NCBI RefSeq assembly: GCF_003704095.1
Contig: NW_020846275.1
Location: 1-64,000 of the forward strand
Source: Pocillopora damicornis
Taxonomy: Eukaryota
Length of the DNA: 64,000 nucleotides
Direction of reading: 5' to 3'
Shown: one piece after another, positions 47,601-60,630 of the stretch
How positions within the stretch are numbered: position 1 is the stretch's first letter
Layout of the letters: every line of letters starts with the position of its first letter
Position numbers and translations under genes: made by a program
Notes under the pieces: model-generated
The model's database searches: none
Told to the model about the DNA's origin: nothing
The model's input: the letters and a program-made list of their open reading frames with translations, nothing else

Positions 47601-50600
47601 CTTCTCTGACTCTTTTCAGAAAGAGATCCGGTGCCAAAAGAAGCAAAATTTTTGACATACTGTGCGGTTCTTTTCTTGATATTCTACGATAAACTTTTAT
47701 TCAAGCATTTCCTCATTTTGCAGGGCGAAAAAGTTGTCTGGGCGGTTAACAGGAATAGAGGAGACAATTGGGTATGGAGGCACGTCACGATATTCAGCAA
47801 GAGGCCATATAGGGTAAGTAGCGCTATAGGTTGTGCAGTCTGAGAGGTTTAACCCTCAAACATCCAAACATCAGTATGTGTATTCTCCATATTTTCTTTA
47901 TACATTTCCTAAGTTGCTGACATGGAGAATTTGTTTACTGATCAAAAGCTTCTTTCGTTGGTGATTATTTCCTTTATTCTCGTGACCACAATGTGTGATT
48001 CAGGGCTGATATTGTAGGGAGAAATAAGATGCTAGTCACTCTTAGAGCTTAAAGGGTTAAAGCATACTATGATTAGGAATGAGGTCATATCTTCATTTTT
48101 TAATTAAATATTAACTTACTTTTCTTCAACTGACTTTGAAGGTAACTTTTCACGTCTGATCATAGGCAACCACGCTATGTTTTTCTTATTCTTTTGCGCC
48201 TTTCGTTCCCAAGAACGAAAGCGACGTAGAAAGGAGTGACAAAGATGCATCCAAACCATAAGCCGGTCTCTTTAATTTCCCAAATCAATATTAGCAACGC
48301 ATGGCAGTCTTCGGCTTATCTCAGCACCTAAGCAATTCGGACAATCGCAAGGCTCTAGAAAAAAAAAAACGACAGATGTCAACGAGAGAACTTCGGAACC
48401 TATTATTAGCTAAGCGTGGAGCATGTAATCATGAACGGAGGCATAAAAGAGTTTACTCGCTGCCATTAATCAAGACTAACAGATTTAAGAACTCATTTAT
48501 TATGCGCAATGCAGTCAGGGCTACTTGATAGTCCAAATTTCATTATTATATTTGCCGTATATATATATATAGATTATCCATTATTTTTTTAAAACATGTA
48601 ATTCAGCCTCACGACTGCCAGATATTATTTTAATAAACGACTTGTCTCTCAAAAAAAATTATCTTTCAAACCGGTCTTCTTAATCCCTGCAGTATCTACA
48701 AACGTTTTTCATTCTACTAATTCGTTCTTGTTTTTATGTTACCAATTTTCCATCAATAGAGTGGCTCCATTTTTCTGCATATAAAACACACACAACCCAC
48801 AATTCCTCCATTCGCTCTGGAAACGCTCGAAACGGCAGCTTTAAAAACTCTTTACGGTGGTTAACTTAGATCATTCATACATTTGATAAACCCAAATTAT
48901 CTTGTAATATCCCCGCTGAAGTAGCAACACAGTATCTTTAGAAACTACTCCCTTTCTTGATTAGCGCATAGTCTCTTCCACACCGCTCTACACACATGTT
49001 CAGCCTCGTCACATCCAACGCCCTCTTTTCCTGAGAATAAGATAGCTGCGCAGACTCGGAAGTTGCTTGTTAGACATGAAGATGACAGATTTTCGAGCTC
49101 ATCAAGCCTCATCATTTTACCCATCATTTCATTGTTGCAGATCGTATTCCAAGGAGTGAGAGGTGACGGATACCTCAGTGATTTCGCTTTGGATGACATC
49201 TCACTTGAAAACAACCCATGTGGCCTGGGAATGATGAGATTCACAACAATTAACAACAGTATGTTCCTCTTCAGTAAAATCCACCCTCTAAGTAACATTA
49301 GAAGTAAATCTAATCGTTTCTGTTTTAACTGAATTGGGTGACTATGAAATGTTGCATGGTAACAATCTCAGTAAAACTTTTCTCTTTTTATTCGTCTGAC
49401 ATTTGTAGATAGACTGATATTAAGGGTGTTTCGACCACACAGTACATCATTTGCTAACGACCACATCTCTACAAATACCACCTCACTACAATAGCTACAT
49501 TTATTGTCCCGGCCGAAGGTCCATACATACACACCTCTCTACGACGACCACCTCTCCAGAAAGACATAGGCCTTTAGGCGCGTTCGAGCTGCGAATTACC
49601 AGAATATAACAGTCAATTAGTAACCGACAGTCAGGCGAAACGTGCGACGACTCACTCACTCTTGACGTTTGTACGTGGTAAAAACATCAGTGACTCACTC
49701 GGCTGCGCCTTAAGTGCCACCTTTTTGCTCTTACCACATGTTGACGCCATCTGTGATCTATTACTGAAAAGACTCACGACAACATAAAATCTATTTTTTA
49801 TCACCTTTCTCTGACAGCACTTTTTTTTTTCTTTTCTTAAGGTGTCCGTTGTAAGAAGGTTCGACTTTGAGTTAAGATTAGTCTTGTTTTCTCTACAGGA
49901 CTCGACCTCAATCCTTGTCAACAGTTCTGTGAGGCAACTGAGAACGGCAAAAGGGTTGATATCGTACCACTGGACGTCGAAAACGGAACCAAATGTAACG
50001 ACGATCTGACATCGTTTGATGTCTGTATTCAGAGTAAATGTCAGGTAAGTACCGTTTCGATCAGCGTAAGTGCTGTTAACCTTTAATTCCCGTGAGTGAT
50101 CAACACAGAATTTCTCCTTACATTATCACAACAATATCAAGCAGACAAGTGATGAGAACGAAAAAAAATATCAATCAGGGGATTGTTAGGTGATGCAATG
50201 CCAAATTATTAGAAATAATATCATAGGAATTGTTTGGCAGACAATGAGGAGAATTACTATTTAGATCATAGGATTGAAAGGGTTACGGTAAATAACTTCG
50301 TCATTCTCTTATTTATCCTTTTTGGGAGATACAGTCGCCCAATGATAAGCGAATTTAACTAATTGCGGATAAAACTTTTCCCGATCCACAGAAAGTCGGA
50401 TGTGATGGCATCGTTGGATCAAATAAAACTCTGGACAATTGTGGCGTTTGTGGCGGCGACGGTCACTTATGCACACCAAGTGAAGGATCCATCTCTTTGT
50501 TACCTAAAGAAGGTATTCTATCTTGCAATCGAATAAGGACCTTTCGTTCTTTAAAGAGTAGCGAAAAAAAATTAGTTCTGGTGGAAATCTTGCGGTAATG

Positions 50601-53600
50601 ATGTGAACTGTTGTTCAATAGAGGTTGACAAGAGTAATTTAATTGCGACGCAGAGTAACACTCGAAATGTTAGCTTTGTTATGATTCTCTGGTTTAGTGA
50701 TCATCAATCAACCGATAGCTTTACTTGCGTGCCACTAGTCCGAGGACACAGCAACGCAGTTTCTTCAGAAAATAAGGACTTTTGGTCATCCATAAAGGCT
50801 GGTTTTGGTTACCTTCATTTCAACTTACGTACCCAGTTGTTACCTATTTCTGCGTGTTATGTCTTCTAAAAGTTATCACGTGTGTCTTCTATTGTAACTG
50901 TTTTGTTTTTAACATCTCAGATCTTCAGACATTACTCGAGTGTCCGGTGGGGTCAACCAACATTATGTTGGAGGACACATCCCCCAATTTCTTAGGTTAG
51001 TATTTTGCATGTTGTGGTTCATATTAGGCAAACATTATCTCTAAATAAATAACGGCTTATGGTTAATCCTCCAATTTCAAAGCAGTCATAAATAAAAGTT
51101 CCACGATCTTATAAACCCAACACTTTACCGTGAAAGAAAACTTTCTGTATTTAAGGTAATCTTCGCATGTCCATACAAGTGACTCATTAAACGAGAGTTG
51201 ATTCTCGAAGCGTTAGGTACACACGTAAAAGGAAGGATAACATGTAGATTGAGTCTTTTGTATGAAAACCCGCCTCTGTCAGGAAGCTCGGTACAAAGTA
51301 GTGGGCGTCCTTATGATTTTTTCGCTTATAATGGTTGCATTTCGTAACGATGGTGAGGGGTATTTTTCGTGTAAAACGTTGAAAAGAATTGCAACAAACT
51401 ATCACAGCATGATTGATTGATCAACAGTTCTAGAAGCTATGGGTGCAGAGAAACAGTATTTTAATGGGGCCGAGGTGAAATCCGTCTCCTCAGTGTACAA
51501 ATTTGCTGGCGCTAAGTTTATTTATACACGACATGGAAACAAAGAGAGTCTCAATGCGCTGGGGCCTCTCACGGATAGGATCAAAGTGAAGGTTAGTCTA
51601 TAAATTCAAACAGGTATCAAAACATTTGAACGTGACAAAATACGTTTGAATTGCTCAACCATGTCAACATTGGTTATTATTAAGACGCATCCCACAGGCA
51701 CCAATTAGGGAATACAAAAATAAAGTTAGTATCTGTGGAAGAAGTGAAAATGGAGTTACGTAGTTTCTAAGAGGGGTGTCCGAAAATTTGTCTGATTTTA
51801 AATGATATTGTGGGCCTGATTACATGAGCCGGGTTGGCCTAGTTTTGCCAGGTTTTGACGAGATCTCGTCACTTTTGTCTAACGTAACAAAAATCAACTT
51901 CGTGATTACATGAAATTATGACGATGATTACACAAAAAAATGAACCGTCAGCCGTAGAATGGCCAAAATTTAAACGGTTAACCATCACCCTATTAAGACC
52001 CTCCACTTATCGCTTACGAACAAGAAGTATGTGGTTACTTTATACATATACTCTTAATCAAATACAACGCTTATAGTTTACCCTCCACCTGTGATGTAAC
52101 GTATCAAAGTAATAAATTCACGAGCCTCAGGATGACAAGGAACCTTTCTTTTGGAACGTCTCTTAACAAGGGATGTTAACTTCTGTCCCAGCAAGAATAA
52201 TGTTCCTGTAACTCCTTTACCTGTAATCCACACTCAAGGAACACGTCTGTGCAGGGAACACTTTCTCTAGTCCCAAGGGTATCCACCTTACAGAGGATCC
52301 TACTGTAGCGAGAACTTGATAATTCTTAGTATGCAAGATAAGATTCAAATATCCATTTACCGTGCAGTTACCCAGGAGAGTTTCCTAAGTTGTTCAAATT
52401 AGTACTCGTTCTTTCCCCGGCTACAACTGTTCAATTAAATTCATTCAGAAAGAAATGCTCTGTTGTTGCAGGTAAAGATTAGTGAGTCACCAGCGCCTGT
52501 AACTCTGCGTTATTCGCTTAACAAACCAAACAGCAATGAAAGTGATTTCTATTGGTCTCATCTCAAATGGTCTGAATGTTCCAGAACCTGCGGAGAAGGT
52601 TTGTAAATTAACAATAATAAATTAACTTTCCGGGTTCCACTTCAAGGAAAGAGAATGCTATTTAGGTTGTTAATTTTAGCGAATGCAAAGAATTTAAGAG
52701 AATTTTAAACGTGAGCTGAGAGTTGACAACGAAATCTGTTTTTTGCTAAATAGAGGCAGGAGTTAGTGCATTTCCTTGCTTGTGAAAATGATGACTCTTC
52801 AGTTTGGTAAAAGTGTAACGCTTAAGCGCGCATCGATCGGTTAGTCGAGCTGCACTTGCCAATTCAAATTACCTACCTTTTCTGCTCTAACTCAAAATTC
52901 AATATCTTCTCTATTTTTAAGGAATACAAACACGCATATACAGATGCCTCAAAAGAGAAGACGACAATGAAGTTTCAGAAAAAAACTGCTTTACCGTCAA
53001 TAAACCCGAACCTTTGACCAGACCTTGCAATTTAACAGCATGTGAGAGGTATGAAAGCAGCTATTTATCTTGCCTCAGGATTCATTTTCTAATTAAGGTT
53101 AATGTTAATGTTTTTCCTTGTCCTATATCTGTAACCACTGCAACACAAATTTATCAAAACTGTACTGATAGAAGTGAACTTTTTGCGGAAAGATTTTTCA
53201 GTTCTTGTGAAACAAAGGCTATTCTGCCTTTAAGCCGTACGCATAAAATTCCGCCGAAGTGATTCGCGTTGTGGTATCATAAAGTCTTGAAATGATATTT
53301 TGCTATGGTCAGCAAACATCAAAGAGGCAGGAATAAATTATAAAGGTCTATGATAATAAATGATGTTAAATATTGACATGTATTGGTAATAACTTAGTTA
53401 CAAGATTTTGGCCAAGATTTTGCGATGTACAAGCTGTCTTGTAAGTCCAGGAACCCTTTAGGCCTGACCATCAGTATGTATATCCTCCATACTGTCCTCT
53501 TAACATTTTCTTTGGTACTGTCGCTTGGTCACGATCAAGAGCTTCTTCAATTACCGATCATATTCCCTATTCTCATTACCTTCACGTTTGATTCATCTGT

Positions 53601-56416
53601 AATACTTGAAGGAGAAATTAGATGGGTATGATCACTTCTGTGGTTGAGAATCAGCTCTACAATTAACTTGTGTGATTCAGGTATGAATGGAGGGTCTCTG
53701 AGTGGAGCAACTGTTCAAAGCCATGTGATCGTGGAAAGCAAAACCGTACTGCAGAATGCAAAGGTGTCTTGGGTAAAATGCTGGTTAACTCCTCACTTTG
53801 TACAGCGGATAAACCTGAAATCGAACAAATATGTAACGATGATTCGTGTCCTGCAAAGTGGGTTACGGGAAACTGGTCAGAGGTGGGTGATTACGTTTGT
53901 TACATAGTTAACAATTATGAAAGATGCTGCCTCAGATGTTCAGTCAGTGACAACTTCTTTTTCGGAAAGCTACACTGTATTGAAAACTGCCCCAGAGGAT
54001 ACGTATTTTGGTGCTTGAATAGACTAACTGTTCATTCTAGTACTAAGTGATTTGATTTTTGTTTCGGTCCAAAGTGTTCACGAACGTGTGGGAGAAGTTA
54101 CCAGTCTCGCTCAGTAGAGTGCCGCGATATACTGGGGGCCTTGTCTTTGAATTGTCCAAGGGAAACAAAAGAAGGCGTTATTAGGAGATGTAGGAAAGAG
54201 CCATGTGCAGGTGAAGGTGAGTATTCAGGGTGCATGTCACGCATCTTAGAGGAGTTAGAGCATCTCTAAAAATTGAACTTAGATATTTCGAGTTCAACAT
54301 ATGGCTGTTCTATACTCGTTCCATTTCAGTTAAGAATATTCTTCCCTAATTTGTGCCTCGCTGGCAAAACCGACTAACTTCTTCAAAGGAGCGGAAAATA
54401 CTGCTAGGAGCAACCACATACGCTGTACTAATATGCTATGTTTTTTTGCCCTCATTTCTTTCAGATTTTGTCAACATTTCATGTACTTTCGAGCAAGGTC
54501 TTTGCGGTTGGGAGAATGTACGTGGATCTAGTCTAGATCAATTTGATTGGACTCTGTGGAACGGCAGTACACCAAGTAGGAAGACAGGCCCCTCCGTAGA
54601 TCACACTCATGGGACATCCAAAGGCGAGTCCCTCAACTCTTGGTACTGTATTTTAGATGTATCTTTAGTATTCCGTAAGCGACTTTTGGTAATGAACTTT
54701 CTGAGGAATTTAGTAACGATTTCGGAGATATGTTTTATCATGCAACTACACCAGTAATGTTGGATACTGCAACGCGCTCTCAATAACATTGAGACAGACA
54801 GAGTTAGACAGACCATGCCAGCTAACAGGCTAACTGATGAATAATTAAGCAGCTCTGAGGCTGGCTAGTTGACTGACTGACTGACTGACTACTTGATTGA
54901 TTTCTGCAGGTTTTTACGTTTACATAGAGGCATCAGATCCACAGAAACGAAATTATCGCGCCAGGTTAGCAAGTCCAATGGTGAAGGCTAAAAGAGTGTG
55001 TATTGACTTCTGGTATCATATGTACGGGGCAAATATGGGCTCGCTCCGGGTAATCCACAGGGACCCAAAATCCAGAAGAGAACGGCGATTATGGTATAAG
55101 TCGAAAAACCAACTCAATGAATGGCATAATGAGCGACTTCTCATCTCATCTTACTTGCCTTATCAGGTAAAATGCAATGCCTTGTGTGGCTCATGTGAGT
55201 TTAAGAGTTTTCGTGAGGAGAATAGTAAGCTCTTTCTAGACGCTTATTTACAAAAATTAAGGTGCCACCGTAGCAAGACGAACAGTTCTGACCAGTTCTT
55301 TAAAATTCTGCTGTGCAGGAAAAAAAAAGAAAAACTAACTATCGTGCCTAGTCAATCACAAAGGAATTTCCTTTAGTTGGGATTCTTATTATCTCTCTCT
55401 AATTCTTCTGGCTAGTAAATGACACATGATTCTCTTTACTACCAGAAAGAGCGTAAAAACTAACACGATTTGGGCGTAAACACCAAGTCTACTGTAGTAC
55501 CTGGTCATTGATAAGGTGACATACCGTTGCATTGACATATTCTTTGTTTTTATTCTTAGATTATATTTGAGGCAGTTCGAGGTAGAGGATTTTCCAGTGA
55601 CGTAGCACTAGACGATATTAAAGTGTCGAGCGGTAGCTGTCCTTCCAAAAATACCAAAACACGTGGGTTTGTACAATGATCTGTTACAAAGTCGTTGCTA
55701 TTGCGCTCTCTTGCGCAGATCATCATAGCTTTCAGAATAAGCTCTAATTACATAAATTAATTGCATCTAATTAAATAAGCTTTGGATGGATGTGACATGC
55801 ATTGTTTACGGTATAACAAAGAAATTTACTCTGAGTTGATTCACTTTTCCTATTATCCTTAAGTAATTTTTGAAGAATTAGCTTGAACCGTTTTATGTCT
55901 GGGGCACTCACTCGCCTGGCTTCATTCATTATTTCGGCTTCCCCACACGCATAACGTAATATTCACAAATTTCTTTCTCTACCTGAATTTTTTCCTTTTT
56001 TTAATTTTCATTTTCCCTATTTTTAAAATATGAAGAGTGCTCTTTTTCAGTTACACGAAGTCTCTTTTTCGCCGGTCAACTTAACTTCTAGGAGCAGTCA
56101 AGTCTCGGATTGTCAATAGATAAATGAAATTTCAACTGGTCACTCTTTCTAAAACGTCTCTAATCAAATCAACGCAGTTGCGTGATTCGCACTAGCGTGA
56201 CTAGTTTCAAGAACGTAACGCAAGTAGAGGTTGTAACTTTCTTCAGTTACTTAACGTTGTCTATACGTATTTCCCATTTCAGCTCAAAATCGGTGTATCG
56301 GTGACCGGTCCAAATACTGCAAAACTGCACTGCGTCTTAACTGGTGTTCTTCGAGGAAATGGGGGCCAATTTGCTGTAAGACTTGCGAACTGTATGCACA
56401 GAGCGGATCGAAATGA
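27492..56416 (+). CDS. ADAMTS: ADAMTS2/3/14-like secreted metalloprotease with extra domains: signal-prodomain-2xVHL-beta-like-M12B-disintegrin-TSP1-Cys-rich(MAM insert)-spacer-3xTSP1-MAM-PLAC; 36 exons, ~1590 aa
   Basis: Exons 27492-27578, 27720-27756, 31778-31929, 32415-32609, 33373-33568, 36586-36671, 37362-37569, 38314-38399, 39046-39250, 39659-39807, 40275-40358, 41391-41518, 41939-41958, 42411-42516, 42727-42870, 43113-43245, 43908-44030, 44559-44737, 45337-45400, 45585-45702, 46228-46368, 47097-47263, 47724-47813, 49141-49258, 49899-50044, 50392-50512, 50921-50995, 51428-51591, 52472-52598, 52922-53048, 53681-53882, 54075-54216, 54465-54623, 54910-55166, 55560-55662, 56283-56416 are phase-compatible (4773 nt). 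Active site [60 protein letters not shown] matches the ADAMTS2/3/14 clade. [18 protein letters not shown]. Confidence 0.9.
37092..37245 (+). repeat. Penelope-derived terminal repeat with a minimal hammerhead-ribozyme-like core
   Basis: gct-CTGACGA-aggggaaactttc-GAAA-tttc-agc followed by the family tail (ggccattttacattatcaactc..accgacgcagcaccacagttt). Confidence 0.65.
40764..40975. mobile_element. piggyBac-like MITE (TTAA-flanked, CCCT..AGGG termini), 212 bp
   Basis: TTAACCCTTTA...TAAAGGGTTAA. An equal-length homologous copy lies at 47849-48060, with partial or related copies near 9467-9604, 46802-46925, 50076-50285, 53452-53640 and 58290-58422. Confidence 0.75.
46454..46690. repeat. Inverted pair of the same Penelope terminal repeat (~85-bp-arm hairpin)
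   Basis: gtaatttggtatcatcaactgagttgataacgtaaattggccaccgta.. is the near reverse complement of ..tacggtggccaatttacgttatcaattcagttgataataccaaattac. Confidence 0.8.
47849..48060. mobile_element. piggyBac-like MITE, second full copy
   Basis: TTAACCCT..aacatcagtatg..attctccat..gagaatttgt..ctagtcactctt..AAAGGGTTAA; internal sequence shared with 40764-40975. Confidence 0.75.
48210..48945 (+). mobile_element. Second Penelope remnant of the same family in an ADAMTS intron, interrupted by a LINE 3' end
   Basis: gtagaaaggagtgacaaagatgcatccaaacc..gcatggcagt..aaaattatctttcaaac..taaaacacacacaacccacaa..gaaact aligns by eye with 60837-61384. Confidence 0.75.
48370..48650 (+). mobile_element. 5'-truncated non-LTR (L2/CR1-group-like) retrotransposon 3' end nested in the Penelope remnant
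   Basis: Translates [16 protein letters not shown], a typical RT-ORF C-terminus, then a 3'UTR with aataaa. Flanked on both sides by A-tracts and absent from the homologous site in the 60.9-kb copy. Confidence 0.6.
54624..54909 (+). other. Non-canonical GC-AG intron within the second MAM domain
   Basis: AAAG|GCGAGT donor gives DHTHGTSKG|FYVYIEAS, the same phase-1 position as the GT donor in MAM1 (DHTKGRDG|HYVFLETS). Confidence 0.75.
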
Positions 56417-57719
56417 TCTCCTCACACCACGATACAGCATCATTCGAGCAATTGCCTGTTTTGTGTTTATTACATATGCATTACGTATTACAGATGTAGA
56501 ATGCAAGATTTGCACATGTTGAAACGAATATCTGTACAGTATAAACTGAAAACAATTATATGAAAGGCAGTTAAGGATATTTATCCAAATCATTGTAGGC
56601 ATTCTAAAGGCAAAATTCAAACGAAATTACTGAATTATACAATTATATCCTATAAACGATTTTCTATTAACAAACCATTTTTGTGGGAATTTATCAAATT
56701 GAGTTTACTGACATGGAAGTGTCCTGGTTGGAAAATCTTTCTATCTTGAATAACTGCATGGTTCAGTTCATATGCAGATGTACAAATAGGTAGATTTTTG
56801 TAATTGCCGCAGAAAATGAAAGTTATTAATGCCTTAGCCTCCCTTTTAAGATGCCCTATAGGGGGGTGTTGTCGTATCAAAGGATAGTGTTAAGTGTCCA
56901 CAGCTAGATAGGCTTCAATTCACCCCTTAGAGCATCCACTTATGGAGCAAGCAATGCTCACTCATGAAGCTAGCATCAAATGTACAGAAAAAGGACATGA
57001 TGCCTAACTGTATAACTTGTATACCATTTAGAGCTCAAGGTAGAGGAAAATTATGTACATCAACATTGTATAGACTGTGGTTTTTAAAAGTGATATTAAA
57101 AAAAAATGGGCAAAATATAGATGTAGTTGCCAAAAGAATGTAGACATAAATTGATTGCTCCTTTTTCCATTTTCCCATTCTTTTTCCCTCTCAGAGAGGC
57201 TTATGACAGTTCTTGTACCCTACTTCACATTTAATGGCACTAACCACACAATGCCTATCACTTTGACTCATGAAAGCCATATTCACAATGAATTTCTCTT
57301 CACAATTTCCACACACTATCCAGCAAAAAGGTGACAAGAATTAGGGGTATAGCTGAGATTTTACAAAGGGGATTCAAACTACCGGTATGTCACTTCCAAG
57401 GTGACAACATGACTGTCATGTTGATATCCACACTATGTTTTTCTTAAAGTAAGGTTTTGTTAGAAGTGCATTCCATCATGAAAGCTATGTATATATTACA
57501 ATTTGACTTCTTCTCCATCTGAATTATTTTGTTTGTGTGTTTTTGAAACAAAAACATCTCACCAAGGAGAGTGAGGCCCATAACGATCCCTCTCATCCTC
57601 TTGCTATGTCCCTGAGGAGGAAAAAGTATCAACTGCGGCATTCAATCAAGATGGAACACCACATGCTCTTGAGTAAATAGTAGAAGAGAGATGGTACGTT
57701 TTGAGCTCAGTAAAGAAAC

Positions 57720-58067
57720 AGAGAAAGATGTTTTTCATCTTGTCACAAGCCATGGAAGAAAGACAACATTATGAGTACCCATGCAGAATTGAACCTTGGA
57801 CCTTTACATTCCCACTCTATTTCTTTACTGAGCTCAAAACTCACCATCTGTCTTATTTTACTTACTAACATGATGCTATCCACATCACTGATCCTAACAT
57901 GTCACATACGAATCTCATAACAGGCCTTGCTCACCATAGACTCTCTGTAGCTAAGTGGTAGAGCATTAGAGTGCAGAATCCAAAGGTCTGAGGTTTGACT
58001 CCTCGTGGGGATTCAGAATTGTACCTTTGTCCCATGCTTGTAACATGATGAAAAACACCTTTCTCTA
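57720..58067. repeat. Inverted-repeat element whose arms carry tRNA-like A/B boxes (SINE-related)
   Basis: The right arm gtagctaagtggtagagca..gaggtttgactcctc has A- and B-box-like motifs. The left arm 57720-57818 is its diverged reverse complement. A fragment recurs at 61069-61149. Confidence 0.6.
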
Positions 58068-58841
58068 TTCTCTTAAGTAGTTCATAAGGGCTGTATCAAT
58101 ACTACAAGGTCCAGGTGTTGAACAGGGCTCATGGAGGCAAGTATTAAAAGTAGTTTCTACTTTTCCATAAATTAATTTACACAGGTGAGTTTAGTGGTCA
58201 AGGTATTGAAGAGGAAGAGATACTTATCCACTTTCCTCACCAAATAACAGACCCCTTAAAATCATAGTAGGATTCTCCTTGTGTAACACTTTACACTCTA
58301 ACATCAGTATGCATATTCTCCAGACTGTCCTCTACACATTTCTTATGTTGCTGACAAGGAGAATTTGTTTGACAATCATAATCTTCTTTAATTGGTGACC
58401 ATTTTCTTCATTCTTGTGACCTAAATAAATAACCTTATCGGAATCATGTAAACTCACTCCAACCAATAAAGAATTGCAAGTACAAATAGCTTAACTACAA
58501 CATTCCAGTGCATCATATTTAGTTCTCAACTGAATGTTATAAGAAGGTGTTTATTATGCACCTTTTTCACAAAGTGAGGAGTTGAAGTTGACCTACAATC
58601 TATTTCACACCTTTCCTTTGCCAAAATAATTATTTTCATTTCTTCAACCATAACACTTGGATGTAGTATTTATTGAAAACACTAGACCTTAACAGTTTCT
58701 GAAAGGTTCAACCCCTACAAAAAGTGCATCATGTTCTTAGTGCAACATCTACATGTGCCAAAAATACACTCAGTATAAATTTGTGTTTGTTTATAGATGT
58801 GCAGGGGTGTACACTGTAGGTGCAAAATTTCAAGAAGCCTG

Positions 58842-60145
58842 TTAAGATGAAGGTGTGGTTGCTGCAGCAGGTTGAGGCTTCTTTCTCTTCAGCACAAGTG
58901 GTCCCACATTGTCTCCTGTTTCTTTGTTGTGCTTGGTATGTGAGCCATCACACCTTGGGAACTTAAGATTAGAAAAAAGTGTGAGAGTTAGATTGGATTC
59001 ATTTCTCAGATGAAAAATAAAATTTCTGACACAGACCTTGCACACTACATACTCTATAATCTCAATAATAGCTTGGTTGCACATCACCAACTGTAAGTCA
59101 GCATCTCTACTGGTGTACTATTCTCGAGTGACCAGCTCACAAATACAGAACATTATGGGAAAAAAGAGTAACTAATGATTGTATGTTTAGATCATCTGAG
59201 TAAGGGTAGTCTTGAGAATAACTGTTGCCACATAAAGTGAGTTACATTTGGACAACCTGATTGGCAGTCTTCCAGGGCTATTAAGATGATCTTCTATCAG
59301 GTTTTCAATATGTCAATCCCTTCCACTGACAACAGTTCCTCAACAGATAACCCTTACTATGACAACCATACTGTATGATCCACAAATGTAGGAAACAAAC
59401 TTAAAATGGGGCTCAATTTTTCAGGGATTGGTTTACCTCCAATCTCTCATTTCAGTAACTTAAACATCAGACTCCTCCATGGATTCGTTGAGTATGACAC
59501 ACTGAGAGAAAAAAAATTCGTCCGAAGCGAGTATAATGCTCTAACTAGTGGATAGCACCCTCCCTTTGTTGATTCACACTGGGTATTATGTAATACTCTG
59601 TCTCCAACTTTTTGATATAGTGTCGTTACCGAACCCACCGCAGAAGGAAAAATGCTGTTAATGACAGCGAATCAATATAAAAAAGCTTGCAATCTCCCTA
59701 ACGAATGCCACATTAATACCAAAAGAGTCTGCAAGGTCAAATCAATTTCTGAAGCCTAATTTACCTACTCAACTTGTTTTGTTTAAAGCCTGTTGGCTGA
59801 TTTTACCTTTTTCGATTTCCAACAACGACAGAAAGCATGATAAGCTGCCTTCTCTGCTAAATCTTCAATCTGAATTGTATCAGCAACTTTCTCCTTGTCC
59901 TTTTGCTGTGTTTTGTTGACCCAGTCTTGATCTGGGGTCTTCTTCCCAGTGGGCTTCGATGCTGACCGCCGAGTAAACTGCTTAATTACGAGATAAATGA
60001 ACAACGATAGAGTGAGTAAAAGCGGTGCAAGCTGCCGCCATTCCTTTACCGAGAGCTTTAAAAATCCGCCGAAAGTAGAAGGAACCGGCAGAGATCGAAG
60101 ATAGTTTGGGAGCTGCACTTTGATTACACGCGAAACGGCTTCCAT
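58842..60145 (-). CDS. CISD2: CDGSH iron-sulfur (NEET) protein, CISD2/NAF-1-like, copy A, 2 exons, ~152 aa
   Basis: Exons 60145-59807 and 58961-58842. N-terminus [13 protein letters not shown], a TM helix, and the 3Cys-1His motif CRCWKSKK|FPRCDGSH, then ETGDNVGPL. Confidence 0.92.
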
Positions 60146-60630
60146 CTTAGAACGCGCTTCTGTCACGTGACCTATTAATTTGAATATATTAGTTCTTCTG
60201 CGTCCTTAAGAATGTTTAAATTGCCTGTTGCTCACTGTTTCCACTTGTGCACTGACATACTTGCACAAATGTGCGTCAATAGATCAGTTTTTGCAAGGCA
60301 GATTAATGAAGCTAAACAATTAGTGATGATACAATGACTTGACACAGTTTAAAAAAAATTTGTCATGATATTTATCAGAAGTTGATGGCTTGATGTTTCT
60401 TTATATGCCCACTTTTTAACTCTTTGTCGAGGCTCACCTGGTCTTCCCTTAGACTTAAAATGCTCTACAAGCTGGGTGGGGATAAACTTGACAAAATTTT
60501 CAATGAAGTCTGATCCAATGTCCTTCCAAACAATATTTTTACCAAAAATATCATCTTCTCTTAGCTCCTAGTTTACCTAGACACCTCTTTTGGAAAAGGA
60601 GAGACTAAAAATGTTTTATTTTTAAAGATT

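Noticed and set aside
57940-58015. tRNA gene
   Set aside because: A/B-box-like motifs are present but there is no clean cloverleaf; it is part of a multi-copy repeat.
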